This document shows, one piece after another, positions 11,330-25,900 of a stretch of 64,000 bases of DNA (positions are counted from its first letter, which is position 1; the number at the start of each line of letters is the position of its first letter). The notes under the pieces were generated by a model, which was given only the letters and a program-made list of their open reading frames with translations, made no database searches and was not told the DNA's origin. The DNA comes from Chrysomallon squamiferum (Eukaryota > Animalia > Mollusca): NCBI GenBank assembly GCA_012295275.1, contig CM022671.1:15190001-15254000 (forward strand). Reading direction: 5' to 3'. A program made the position numbers and the translations under genes.

Positions 11330-13950
11330 TATATCCCAGTGAATAACAAAAACAATAACAACGATTACGTAACATTATCATCATCATCAAAGAGAATAAT
11401 AAGACTTATCATAATGTTGATACTAATGAGGGTAAGAGTAGTAATTATGAAATTAAATTTGTATTTGTTTTAAAATTTATTAAATAAAATATTGACATTT
11501 CTAGGGTTTGTTTTCCCAGAATGACAAGAATCTACACATGCATCTTCTGCTTAAGAATGGTGCAGGAGAAGCACATCACCGAAATGGTAAACAGAGATGG
11601 CTTTACATTTTGTCAAGAAGAAATTAAAAAAGGGAAGAATAAAAATATTTGCTTTACAAAAAGTAATTAAAATAAAATGAAAAAAATTGATAATAATAAT
11701 GATTATAATTTTTCAATAATTAAAATACTAATAGCGATAATACCGATAGAGACAATAATGAAGTTAACAAGAACAACAATAACGATGTCATCAGCATCAT
11801 CATCAAAGAGAATAATAAGAATAATAATGGTGATGATAAAAATCAGAGTAAAACTAATAATAATGCAACTAATTTGATGAATGTTTAAAGATTCTTAAAT
11901 GAAATACTGACATTTCTATGTTTTGTTTTCTCAGGATGACAAGAGGAAAATGAAGACAAGAATCTACACATGCATCTTCTGCTTAAGAATGCTGCAGGAG
12001 AAGGAAATAACCGAAATGGTAAACACAAATGTCTGTACATTTTGTAAAGAACATATTAACAAAAAGTAAAAAATAAAATATTTGTTTTAAAAAAGTAATT
12101 GAAAAGAAAGTGAAACATTTTAATAGTAATAAAAATAATAATTATTAAAAAAAAAATAAAAAATAATAATAGTGATAATACTGATAACACAATGAAGGTA
12201 TCAGAAAAACAACAAAGATAACTTCAACAAGATCATCGTGATCATCATCATCAAAGAGAATAATAAGAATTGTCATGATGATGAGACTAATAAGGACAAC
12301 ACTAGTAACGATGGAATTAATTATGTCTTTGTTTCAAAGTTTGTTAAATATTTCTACGGGTTTTTATCTCACGATGCATCTTCTGCTTAAGAATGCTGCA
12401 GGAGAAGGACATCACCTAAATGGTAAACAGAAATACCTGTTCATTTTGTAAAAAGTGGAAAATAAAAATATTAGCTTTACAAAATGTAATTAAAATAAAA
12501 TAAAATAAAATAATAATAATAATTATTACTATTATATAAATAATAATAAAAATAATATTCATTGTACTGATAATACAATAATAAAGTTATCAAGAACAAT
12601 AAAAAAACGAACTTCAACATGATGATGATGATTATCATCATCGAAGAGAATATAAATAATGATCATGATGATGAGTCTAATAAGGATAACGCAAGTAAAG
12701 ATGGAATTAATGATTTAAAGTTTGTGAAATCAAATACTGACATTTCTACGGGTTTTTCCTCACGATTAATAGAATCTACACGTGCATCTGCTTAAGAACG
12801 CTGAAGGAGAAGGACATCACTCAAAAGGTAAACACACATGACTGTGCATTTTGTGAAGAAGAAATTAATGAAAAGTGAAAAAATAATACTTGCTTTACAA
12901 AAGTAATCAAAAGTAAATGGAATAAATTAATAGTAATAATAATAATAATTTTAAAATAATAATGAAAATATTAATAGTCAAAATACTGGTAATGACAATA
13001 ATGAAGTTGTAAGAACAATAACAAGGATTACATAAACATCATCACTAATAAAGAGAATAATAGGAATAATGATGATGATGATAACAATAAGAGTTATACT
13101 AGTAATGATGGAATACATTTTGTATTTGTTTTAAAATTTGCTAAAAGAAATAGTGACATTTCTACAGTTAGTTTTCTCAGGATGACAAGAAGAAAATGGA
13201 GACGACAATCTACACATCCATCTTCTGCTTAAGAATGGTGCAGGAAAAGGACATCACCTGAATGGTAAACAGAAATGTCTGTACATTTTGTTAAGAACAG
13301 ATTAACAAAAAGTGAAAAACAAAAATAGTTTTTTTTTAAAAAAGGTAATTAAAAAGAAAGTGAAATAATAGTAATAATAACAATTATTATTAAAATAATA
13401 ATAAAATAATAATAGTGATAATACTGATAATACAACTATGAAGATATCAGAACAATAACAAAGATGACTTTAACATGATCAACATCCTCATCACCATCAA
13501 CGAAAATAAGAAGAATTATCATGATGGTGAGACTAATAAGTGTAACATCAGTAAAGATGGAATTAATTATGCACTTGTTTTAAAGTTTGTTAAATGAAAT
13601 ATTCATATTTCTACGGGTTTTTATCTCACAATGAAAAGAACCTACACATGTTTCTTCTGCTTAAGAATGCCGCTGGAGAAGGACTTCACCGAAATGGTAA
13701 ACAGAAATGTCTGTACATTTTGTGTAGAACAGGTTAACAAAAAGTGAAAAGTCAAAAATATTTTCTTTACAAAAAATAATTAAAATCAAATCAAATAAAT
13801 TAATAGTAATAATAATAATAATAATTTTAAAATAATAATTAAATAGTAATAGCGATGATACTAATTATGACAATAATCAAGTTAACAAGAACAATAACGA
13901 CGATGAAACGAGCATCATCGTCTTCAAACAGAATAAGAACAAAGATGATG
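11330..13950 (+). repeat. Six diverged ~440-bp exon+intron-like monomers (left flank of array)
   Basis: Core CATGCATCTTCTGCTTAAGAATG..GGAGAAGGACATCAC..AATGGTAAAC at ~11520, 11935, 12370, 12770, 13181, 13630; 84-nt AG/GT-bounded cassettes at 11935-12018 and 13181-13264. Confidence 0.9.
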
Positions 13951-16900
13951 AATACGATAACAATAACTCTAGTAATGATCCAATTCATTTGATAATTATT
14001 TTAAATTTTTTAAAAAGAAATACTGACATTTCTACGGTTTGTTTTCTCAGGATGACCAAAACAAATGAAGACGACAGACTACACATGCATCTTCTGCTTA
14101 AGAATTCTGAAGGGGAAGGACATCACCTAAATGGTAAACAGAAATGCCTGTACATTTTTCGTGAAATGATTAGTAAAAAGTGAAAAATAAAAATATTTGC
14201 TTTACAAAAGTAATTAAAATAAAATGAAATAAATTAATAGTAATGATAATAATTTAAAAAAAAATTAAAATATTAATAGTGATAATACTGATAATGGCAA
14301 TAATGAAGTAAAAAAAATAATAACAATGATGGTATCATCATCATCATCATCATCAACAATCAGAATAAAAGGAAAACTGCTGATGATGATAACAATGAGA
14401 GTTATACTAGTAATGATGCAATCAATTTCCATTTGTTTTAAAATTTGTCGAAATGTCAGTATTTCATTTAAGAGTTTGGTTTCTCATCATGAGAAGAGGA
14501 AAATGAAGAGAAGAATCTACACATGCATCTTCTGCTTAAGAATGCTGCCGGAGAAGGACATCACATAAATGGTGAAAAGAAATGCCTGTACATTTTGTTA
14601 AGAACAGATTAACAAAAAGTGGGAAAAAAATATTTGTTTTTTAAAAAAAATTGAAAAGAAAGTGAAAAATTATGTTACTAATAAGAGCAATTATTATTAA
14701 AATAATAATAAAATAATAATAGTGATGAATCTGATAATACAATAATGAAGATATCAGAACAGTAAGAAAGATGACTTCAACATGATGATGATCATCATCA
14801 TCAAAGAAAAAAAAAAGAATTATCATGATGACTAATAAGGGTAACACCAGTAAAGATGAAATTAATTATGTACTGATTCAAAGTTTGTTCAATCAAATAT
14901 TCATATTTCTACGTTTTTTTTATCTGACGATGAAAAGAATCTACACATGCATCTTCTGGTTAAGAATGCCGCTGGAGAAGGACATCTCCGAAAATGTAAA
15001 CAGAAATGTCTGTACATTTTGTGTAGAACAGATTAACAAAAAGTGAAAAGGAAAAATAGTTTTTTTTTTAGAAAAAATAATTAAAATCGAATCAAATAAA
15101 TTAATAGTAATAATAATAATAATAAGTAAAATAATATTAAAAATATTAACAGCAATGATAATGATTGTGACAATAATGAAGTTAACAAGAACAATAACAA
15201 CGATGACATAATCATCATCATCATCATCATGTTCAAACAGAATAATAAGAATAATGATGATGGTAACAATAAGAGTAATACTAGTAATGATGCAATTAAT
15301 TTGATAAATGTTTTATATTTTTTTAAAAGAAATACTGACATTTCTACCGTTTGTTTTCTCAGGATGACCAAAGAAAATGAAGACGACAGACTACACATGC
15401 ATCTTCTGCTTAAGAATTCTGAAGGGGAAGGACATCACCTAAATGGTAAACAGAAATGCCTGTACATTTTTCGTGAAATGATTAGTAAAAAGTGAAAAAT
15501 ACAAATATTTGCTTTAGAAAAAAGTAATTAAAATAAAATGAAATAAATTAATAGTATGAAAATAATTTAAAAAAAATAATTAAAATATTAATAGTGATAA
15601 TACTGATAATGGCAATAATGAAGTAAAAAAAATAATAACAATGATGGTATCATCATCATCATCATCATCAACAATCAGAATAAAAGGAAAACTGCTGATG
15701 ATGATAACAATGAGAGTTATACTAGTAATGATGCAATCAATTTCCATTTGTTTTAAAATTTGTCGAAATGTCAGTATTTCATTTAAGAGTTTGGTTTCTC
15801 ATCATGAGAAGAGGAAAATGAAGAGAAGAATCTACACATGCATCTTCTGCTTAAGAATGCTGCCGGAGAAGGACATCACATAAATGGTGAAAAGAAATGC
15901 CTGTACATTTTGTTAAGAACAGATTAGCAAAAAGTGGGAAAAAACATATTTGTTTTAAAAAAGTAATTGAAAAGAAAGTGAAAAATTATGTTACTAATAA
16001 GAGCAATTATTATTAAAATAATAATAAAATAATAATAGTGATGAATCTGATAATACAATAATGAAGATATCAGAACAGTAAGAAAGATGACTTCAACATG
16101 ATGATGATCATCATCATCAAAGAAAATAAAAAGAATTATCATGATGACTAATAAGGGTAACACCAGTAAAGATGAAATTAATTATGTACTGATTCAAAGT
16201 TTGTTCAATCAAATATTCATATTTCTACGTTTTTTTTTTTCTGACGATGAAAAGAATCTACACATGCATCTTCTGGTTAAGAATGCCGCTGGAGAAGGAC
16301 ATCTCCGAAAATGTAAACAGAAATGTCTGTACATTTTGTGTAGAACAGATTAACAAAAAGTGAAAAGGAAAAATAGTTTTTTTTTTTGAAAAAATAATTA
16401 AAATCGAATCAAATAAATTAATAGTAATAATAATAATAATAAGTAAAATAATATTAAAAATATTAACAGCAATGATAATGATTGTGACAATAATGAAGTT
16501 AACAAGAACAATAACAACGATGACATAATCATCATCATCATCATCATGTTCAAACAGAATAATAAGAATAATGATGATGGTAACAATAAGAGTAATACTA
16601 GTAATGATGCAATTAATTTGATAAATGTTTTATATTTTTTTTAAAGAAATACTGACATTTCTACCGTTTGTTTTCTCAGGATGACCAAAGAAAATGAAGA
16701 CGACAGACTACACATGCATCTTCTGCTTAAGAATTCTGAAGGGGAAGGACATCACCTAAATGGTAAACAGAAATGCCTGTACATTTTTCGTGAAATGATT
16801 AGTAAAAAGTGAAAAATACAAATATTTGCTTTAGAAAAGTAATTAAAATAAAATGAAATAAATTAATAGTATGAAAATAATTTTAAAAAAAATAATTAAA

Positions 16901-19900
16901 ATATTAATAGTGATAATACTGATAATGGCAATAATGAAGTAAAAAAAATAATAACAATGATGGTATCATCATCATCATCATCATCAACAATCAGAATAAA
17001 AGGAAAACTGCTGATGATGATAACAATGAGAGTTATACTAGTAATGATGCAATCAATTTCCATTTGTTTTAAAATTTGTCGAAATGTCAGTATTTCATTT
17101 AAGAGTTTGGTTTCTCATCATGAGAAGAGGAAAATGAAGAGAAGAATCTACACATGCATCTTCTGCTTAAGAATGCTGCCGGAGAAGGACATCACATAAA
17201 TGGTGAAAAGAAATGCCTGTACATTTTGTTAAGAACAGATTAGCAAAAAGTGGGAAAAAACATATTTGTTTTAAAAAGTAATTGAAAAGAAAGTGAAAAA
17301 TTATGTTACTAATAAGAGCAATTATTATTAAAATAATAATAAAATAATAATAGTGATGAATCTGATAATACAATAATGAAGATATCAGAACAGTAAGAAA
17401 GATGACTTCAACATGATGATGATCATCATCATCAAAAAAAAATAAAAGAATTATCATGATGACTAATAAGGGTAACACCAGTAAAGATGAAATTAATTAT
17501 GTACTGATTCAAAGTTTGTTCAATCAAATATTCATATTTCTACGTTTTTTTTATCTGACGATGAAAAGAATCTACACATGCATCTTCTGGTTAAGAATGC
17601 CGCTGGAGAAGGACATCTCCGAAAATGTAAACAGAAATGTCTGTACATTTTGTGTAGAACAGATTAACAAAAAGTGAAAAGGAAAAATAGTTTTTTTTTT
17701 AAAAAAAATAATTAAAATCGAATCAAATAAATTAATAGTAATAATAATAATAATAAGTAAAATAATATTAAAAATATTAACAGCAATGATAATGATTGTG
17801 ACAATAATGAAGTTAACAAGAACAATAACAACGATGACATAATCATCATCATCATCATCATCATGTTCAAACAGAATAATAAGAATAATGATGATGGTAA
17901 CAATAAGAGTAATACTAGTAATGATGCAATTAATTTGATAAATGTTTTATATTTTTTTTAAAGAAATACTGACATTTCTACCGTTTGTTTTCTCAGGATG
18001 ACGAAAGAAAATGAAGGCGACAGACTACACATGCATCTTCTGCTTAAGAATTCTGAAGGGGAAGGACATCACCTAAATGGTAAACAGAAATGCCTGTACA
18101 TTTTTCGTGAAATGATTAGTAAAAAGTGAAAAATACAAATATTTGCTTTAGAAAAGTAATTAAAATAAAATGAAATAAATTAATAGTATGAAAATAATTT
18201 AAAAAAAAATAATTAAAATATTAATAGTGATAATACTGATAATGGCAATAATGAAGTAAAAAAAATAATAACAATGATGGTATCATCATCATCATCATCA
18301 TCAACAATCAGAATAAAAGGAAAACTGCTGATGATGATAACAATGAGAGTTATACTAGTAATGATGCAATCAATTTCCATTTGTTTTAAAATTTGTCGAA
18401 ATGTCAGTATTTCATTTAAGAGTTTGGTTTCTCATCATGAGAAGAGGAAAATGAAGAGAAGAATCTACACATGCATCTTCTGCTTAAGAATGCTGCCGGA
18501 GAAGGACATCACATAAATGGTGAAAAGAAATGCCTGTACATTTTGTTAAGAACAGATTAGCAAAAAGTGGGAAAAAACATATTTGTTTTAAAAAAGTAAT
18601 TGAAAAGAAAGTGAAAAATTATGTTACTAATAAGAGCAATTATTATTAAAATAATAATAAAATAATAATAGTGATGAATCTGATAATACAATAATGAAGA
18701 TATCAGAACAGTAAGAAAGATGACTTCAACATGATGATGATCATCATCATAGAAGAAAATAAAAAGAATTATCATGATGACTAATAAGGGTAACACCAGT
18801 AAAGATGAAATTAATTATGTACTGATTCAAAGTTTGTTCAATCAAATATTCATATTTCTACGTTTTTTTTTTCTGACGATGAAAAGAATCTACACATGCA
18901 TCTTCTGGTTAAGAATGCCGCTGGAGAAGGACATCTCCGAAAATGTAAACAGAAATGTCTGTACATTTTGTGTAGAACAGATTAACAAAAAATGAAAAGG
19001 AAAAATAGTTTTTTTTTAGAAAAAATAATTAAAATCGAATCAAATAAATTAATAGTAATAATAATAATAATAAGTAAAATAATAATAAAAATATTAACAG
19101 CAATGATAATGATTGTGACAATAATGAAGTTAACAAGAACAATAACAACGATGACATAATCATCATCATCATCATCATCATCATGTTCAAACAGAATAAT
19201 AAGAATAATGATGATGGTAACAATAAGAGTAATACTAGTAATGATGCAATTAATTTGATAAATGTTTTATATTTTTTGAAAAGAAATACTGACATTTCTA
19301 CCGTTTGTTTTCTCAGGATGACCAAAGAAAATGAAGGCGACAGACTACACATGCATCTTCTGCTTAAGAATTCTGAAGGGGAAGGACATCACCTAAATGG
19401 TAAACAGAAATGCCTGTACATTTTTCGTGAAATGATTAGTAAAAAGTGAAAAATACAAATATTTGCTTTAGAAAAGTAATTAAAATAAAATGAAATAAAT
19501 TAATAGTATGAAAATAATTTAAAAAAAAAAAATAATTAAAATATTAATAGTGATAATACTGATAATGGCAATAATGAAGTAAAAAAAAAAAAAAAATGAT
19601 GGTATCATCATCATCATCATCATCATCATCAACAATCAGAATAAAAAAAAAAACTGCTGATGATGATAACAATGAGAGTTATACTAGTAATGATGCAATC
19701 AATTTCCATTTGTTTTAAAATTTGTCGAAATGTCAGTATTTCATTTAAGAGTTTGGTTTCTCATCATGAGAAGAGGAAAATGAAGAGAAGAATCTACACA
19801 TGCATCTTCTGCTTAAGAATGCTGCCGGAGAAGGACATCACATAAATGGTGAAAAGAAATGCCTGTACATTTTGTTAAGAACAGATTAGCAAAAAGTGGG

Positions 19901-22900
19901 AAAAAAACATATTTGTTTTAAAAAAAGTAATTGAAAAGAAAGTGAAAAATTATGTTACTAATAAGAGCAATTATTATTAAAATAATAATAAAATAATAAT
20001 AGTGATGAATCTGATAATACAATAATGAAGATATCAGAACAGTAAGAAAGATGACTTCAACATGATGATGATGATCATCATCATAGAAGAAAATAAAAAG
20101 AATTATCATGATGACTAATAAGGGTAACACCAGTAAAGATGAAATTAATTATGTACTGATTCAAAGTTTGTTCAATCAAATATTCATATTTCTACGTTTT
20201 TTTTATTCTGACGATGAAAAGAATCTACACATGCATCTTCTGGTTAAGAATGCCGCTGGAGAAGGACATCTCCGAAAATGTAAACAGAAATGTCTGTACA
20301 TTTTGTGTAGAACAGATTAACAAAAAGTGAAAAGGAAAAATAGTTTTTTTTTTAGAAAAAATAATTAAAATCGAATCAAATAAATTAATAGTAATAATAA
20401 TAATAATAAGTAAAATAATATTAAAAATATTAACAGCAATGATAATGATTGTGACAATAATGAAGTTAACAAGAACAATAACAACGATGACATAATCATC
20501 ATCATCATCATCATCATGTTCAAACAGAATAATAAGAATAATGATGATGGTAACAATAAGAGTAATACTAGTAATGATGCAATTAATTTGATAAATGTTT
20601 TATATTTTTTTTAAAGAAATACTGACATTTCTACCGTTTGTTTTCTCAGGATGACCAAAGAAAATGAAGACGACAGACTACACATGCATCTTCTGCTTAA
20701 GAATTCTGAAGGGGAAGGACATCACCTAAATGGTAAACAGAAATGCCTGTACATTTTTCGTGAAATGATTAGTAAAAAGTGAAAAATACAAATATTTGCT
20801 TTAGAAAAGTAATTAAAATAAAATGAAATAAATTAATAGTATGAAAATAATTTAAAAAAAAAAAATTAAAATATTAATAGTGATAATACTGATAATGGCA
20901 ATAATGAAGTAAAAAAAATAATAACAATGATGGTATCATCATCATCATCATCATCAACAATCAGAATAAAAAGAAAACTGCTGATGATGATAACAATGAG
21001 AGTTATACTAGTAATGATGCAATCAATTTCCATTTGTTTTAAAATTTGTCGAAATGTCAGTATTTCATTTAAGAGTTTGGTTTCTCATCATGAGAAGAGG
21101 AAAATGAAGAGAAGAATCTACACATGCATCTTCTGCTTAAGAATGCTGCCGGAGAAGGACATCACATAAATGGTGAAAAGAAATGCCTGTACATTTTGTT
21201 AAGAACAGATTAGCAAAAAGTGGGAAAAAACATATTTGTTTTAAAAAAGTAATTGAAAAGAAAGTGAAAAATTATGTTACTAATAAGAGCAATTATTATT
21301 AAAATAATAATAAAATAATAATAGTGATGAATCTGATAATACAATAATGAAGATATCAGAACAGTAAGAAAGATGACTTCAACATGATGATGATCATCAT
21401 CATAGAAGAAAATAAAAGAATTATCATGATGACTAATAAGGGTAACACCAGTAAAGATGAAATTAATTATGTACTGATTCAAAGTTTGTTCAATCAAATA
21501 TTCATATTTCTACGTTTTTTTTTTTATCTGACGATGAAAAGAATCTACACATGCATCTTCTGGTTAAGAATGCCGCTGGAGAAGGACATCTCCGAAAATG
21601 TAAACAGAAATGTCTGTACATTTTGTGTAGAACAGATTAACAAAAAGTGAAAAGGAAAAATAGTTTTTTTTTTGAAAAAATAATTAAAATCGAATCAAAT
21701 AAATTAATAGTAATAATAATAATAATAAGTAAAATAATATTAAAAATATTAACAGCAATGATAATGATTGTGACAATAATGAAGTTAACAAGAACAATAA
21801 CAACGATGACATAATCATCATCATCATCATGTTCAAACAGAATAATAAGAATAATGATGATGGTAACAATAAGAGTAATACTAGTAATGATGCAATTAAT
21901 TTGATAAATGTTTTATATTTTTTGAAAAGAAATACTGACATTTCTACCGTTTGTTTTCTCAGGATGACCAAAGAAAATGAAGACGACAGACTACACATGC
22001 ATCTTCTGCTTAAGAATTCTGAAGGGGAAGGACATCACCTAAATGGTAAACAGAAATGCCTGTACATTTTTTGTGAAATGATTAGTAAAAAGTGAAAAAT
22101 ACAAATATTTGCTTTAGAAAAGTAATTAAAATAAAATGAAATAAATTAATAGTATGAAAATAATTTTAAAAAAAAAATAATTAAAATATTAATAGTGATA
22201 ATACTGATAATGGCAATAATGAAGTAAAAAAAATAATAACAATGATGGTATCATCATCATCATCATCATCAACAATCAGAATAAAAGGAAAACTGCTGAT
22301 GATGATAACAATGAGAGTTATACTAGTAATGATGCAATCAATTTCCATTTGTTTTAAAATTTGTCGAAATGTCAGTATTTCATTTAAGAGTTTGGTTTCT
22401 CATCATGAGAAGAGGAAAATGAAGAGAAGAATCTACACATGCATCTTCTGCTTAAGAATGCTGCCGGAGAAGGACATCACATAAATGGTGAAAAGAAATG
22501 CCTGTACATTTTGTTAAGAACAGATTAGCAAAAAGGGAAAAAAAAACATATTTGTTTTAAAAAAAAGTAATTGAAAAGAAAGTGAAAAATTATGTTACTA
22601 ATAAGAGCAATTATTATTAAAATAATAATAAAATAATAATAGTGATGAATCTGATAATACAATAATGAAGATATCAGAACAGTAAGAAAGATGACTTCAA
22701 CATGATGATGATGATCATCATCAAAAGAAAAAAAAAAAGAATTATCATGATGACTAATAATAAGGGTAACACCAGTAAAGATGAAATTAATTATGTACTG
22801 ATTCAAAGTTTGTTCAATCAAATATTCATATTTCTACGTTTTTTTTTATCTGACGATGAAAAGAATCTACACATGCATCTTCTGGTTAAGAATGCCGCTG

Positions 22901-25900
22901 GAGAAGGACATCTCCGAAAATGTAAACAGAAATGTCTGTACATTTTGTGTAGAACAGATTAACAAAAAGTGAAAAGGAAAAATAGTTTTTTTTTTAGAAA
23001 AAATAATTAAAATCGAATCAAATAAATTAATAGTAATAATAATAATAATAAGTAAAATAATATTAAAAATATTAACAGCAATGATAATGATTGTGACAAT
23101 AATGAAGTTAACAAGAACAATAACAACGATGACATAATCATCATCATCATCATGTTCAAACAGAATAATAAGAATAATGATGATGGTAACAATAAGAGTA
23201 ATACTAGTAATGATGCAATTAATTTGATAAATGTTTTATATTTTTTTTAAAGAAATACTGACATTTCTACCGTTTGTTTTCTCAGGATGACCAAAGAAAA
23301 TGAAGACGACAGACTACACATGCATCTTCTGCTTAAGAATTCTGAAGGGGAAGGACATCACCTAAATGGTAAACAGAAATGCCTGTACATTTTTCGTGAA
23401 ATGATTAGTAAAAAGTGAAAAATACAAATATTTGCTTTAGAAAAGTAATTAAAATAAAATGAAATAAATTAATAGTATGAAAATAATTTTAAAAAAAAAA
23501 ATAATTAAAATATTAATAGTGATAATACTGATAATGGCAATAATGAAGTAAAAAAAATAATAACAATGATGGTATCATCATCATCATCATCATCAACAAT
23601 CAGAATAAAAGGAAAACTGCTGATGATGATAACAATGAGAGTTATACTAGTAATGATGCAATCAATTTCCATTTGTTTTAAAATTTGTCGAAATGTCAGT
23701 ATTTCATTTAAGAGTTTGGTTTCTCATCATGAGAAGAGGAAAATGAAGAGAAGAATCTACACATGCATCTTCTGCTTAAGAATGCTGCCGGAGAAGGACA
23801 TCACATAAATGGTGAAAAGAAATGCCTGTACATTTTGTTAAGAACAGATTAGCAAAAAGTGGGAAAAAACATATTTGTTTTAAAAAAGTAATTGAAAAGA
23901 AAGTGAAAAATTATGTTACTAATAAGAGCAATTATTATTAAAATAATAATAAAATAATAATAGTGATGAATCTGATAATACAATAATGAAGATATCAGAA
24001 CAGTAAGAAAGATGACTTCAACATGATGATGATGATCATCATCAAAGAAAATAAAGAGAATTATCATGATGACTAATAAGGGTAACACCAGTAAAGATGA
24101 AATTAATTATGTACTGATTCAAAGTTTGTTCAATCAAATATTCATATTTCTACGTTTTTTTTATCTGACGATGAAAAGAATCTACACATGCATCTTCTGG
24201 TTAAGAATGCCGCTGGAGAAGGACATCTCCGAAAATGTAAACAGAAATGTCTGTACATTTTGTGTAGAACAGATTAACAAAAAGTGAAAAGGAAAAATAG
24301 TTTTTTTTTTAGAAAAAATAATTAAAATCGAATCAAATAAATTAATAGTAATAATAATAATAATAAGTAAAATAATATTAAAAATATTAACAGCAATGAT
24401 AATGATTGTGACAATAATGAAGTTAACAAGAACAATAACAACGATGACATAATCATCATCATCATCATCATGTTCAAACAGAATAATAAGAATAATGATG
24501 ATGGTAACAATAAGAGTAATACTAGTAATGATGCAATTAATTTGATAAATGTTTTATATTTTTTGAAAAGAAATACTGACATTTCTACCGTTTGTTTTCT
24601 CAGGATGACCAAAGAAAATGAAGACGACAGACTACACATGCATCTTCTGCTTAAGAATTCTGAAGGGGAAGGACATCACCTAAATGGTAAACAGAAATGC
24701 CTGTACATTTTTTTTCGTGAAATGATTAGTAAAAAGTGAAAAATACAAATATTTGCTTTAGAAAAGTAATTAAAATAAAATGAAATAAATTAATAGTATG
24801 AAAATAATTTAAAAAAAAAAAATTAAAATATTAATAGTGATAATACTGATAATGGCAATAATGAAGTAAAAAAAATAATAACAATGATGGTATCATCATC
24901 ATCATCATCATCATCAACAATCAGAATAAAAGGAAAACTGCTGATGATGATAACAATGAGAGTTATACTAGTAATGATGCAATCAATTTCCATTTGTTTT
25001 AAAATTTGTCGAAATGTCAGTATTTCATTTAAGAGTTTGGTTTCTCATCATGAGAAGAGGAAAATGAAGAGAAGAATCTACACATGCATCTTCTGCTTAA
25101 GAATGCTGCCGGAGAAGGACATCACATAAATGGTGAAAAGAAATGCCTGTACATTTTGTTAAGAACAGATTAGCAAAAAAAGTGGGAAAAAAACATATTT
25201 GTTTTAAAAAGTAATTGAAAAGAAAGTGAAAAATTATGTTACTAATAAGAGCAATTATTATTAAAATAATAATAAAATAATAATAGTGATGAATCTGATA
25301 ATACAATAATGAAGATATCAGAACAGTAAGAAAGATGACTTCAACATGATGATGATGATCATCATCAAAGAAAAAAAAAAAAAATTATCATGATGACTAA
25401 TAAGGGGGTAACACCAGTAAAGATGAAATTAATTATGTACTGATTCAAAGTTTGTTCAATCAAATATTCATATTTCTACGTTTTTTTTATCTGACGATGA
25501 AAAGAATCTACACATGCATCTTCTGGTTAAGAATGCCGCTGGAGAAGGACATCTCCGAAAATGTAAACAGAAATGTCTGTACATTTTGTGTAGAACAGAT
25601 TAACAAAAAGTGAAAAGGAAAAATAGTTTTTTTTTTAGAAAAAATAATTAAAATCGAATCAAATAAATTAATAGTAATAATAATAATAATAAGTAAAATA
25701 ATATTAAAAATATTAACAGCAATGATAATGATTGTGACAATAATGAAGTTAACAAGAACAATAACAACGATGACATAATCATCATCATCATCATCATTCA
25801 AACAGAATAATAAGAATAATGATGATGGTAACAATAAGAGTAATACTAGTAATGATGCAATTAATTTGATAAATGTTTTATATTTTTTGGAAAGAAATAC

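Noticed and set aside
11935-12018. Selenoprotein-like repeat: in-frame TGA at codon 2 of 84-nt cassettes (G-U-QEENEDKNLHMH...)
   Set aside because: No SECIS identified, substitution pattern looks neutral, and the amplified A cassette is 83 nt and breaks this frame
11935-12018. Phase-0 zinc-binding-like peptide DDKRKMKTRIYTCIFCLRMLQEKEITEM
   Set aside because: Open in this copy only; other full-length cassettes have TAA/TGA/TAG in that frame
14825-14880. Intronic C/D box snoRNA (ATGATGA...CTGA) in each trimer
   Set aside because: Only ~52 nt, no proper terminal stem, CTGA absent in older monomers, and ATGATGA is abundant by microsatellite chance; snoscan or small-RNA data could revisit this
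14924-14937. Hammerhead ribozyme core CTGACGA-T-GAAA (retrozyme-like satellite)
   Set aside because: No room for stem II, no flanking stems I/III seen, and the motif arises from the C-subunit deletion
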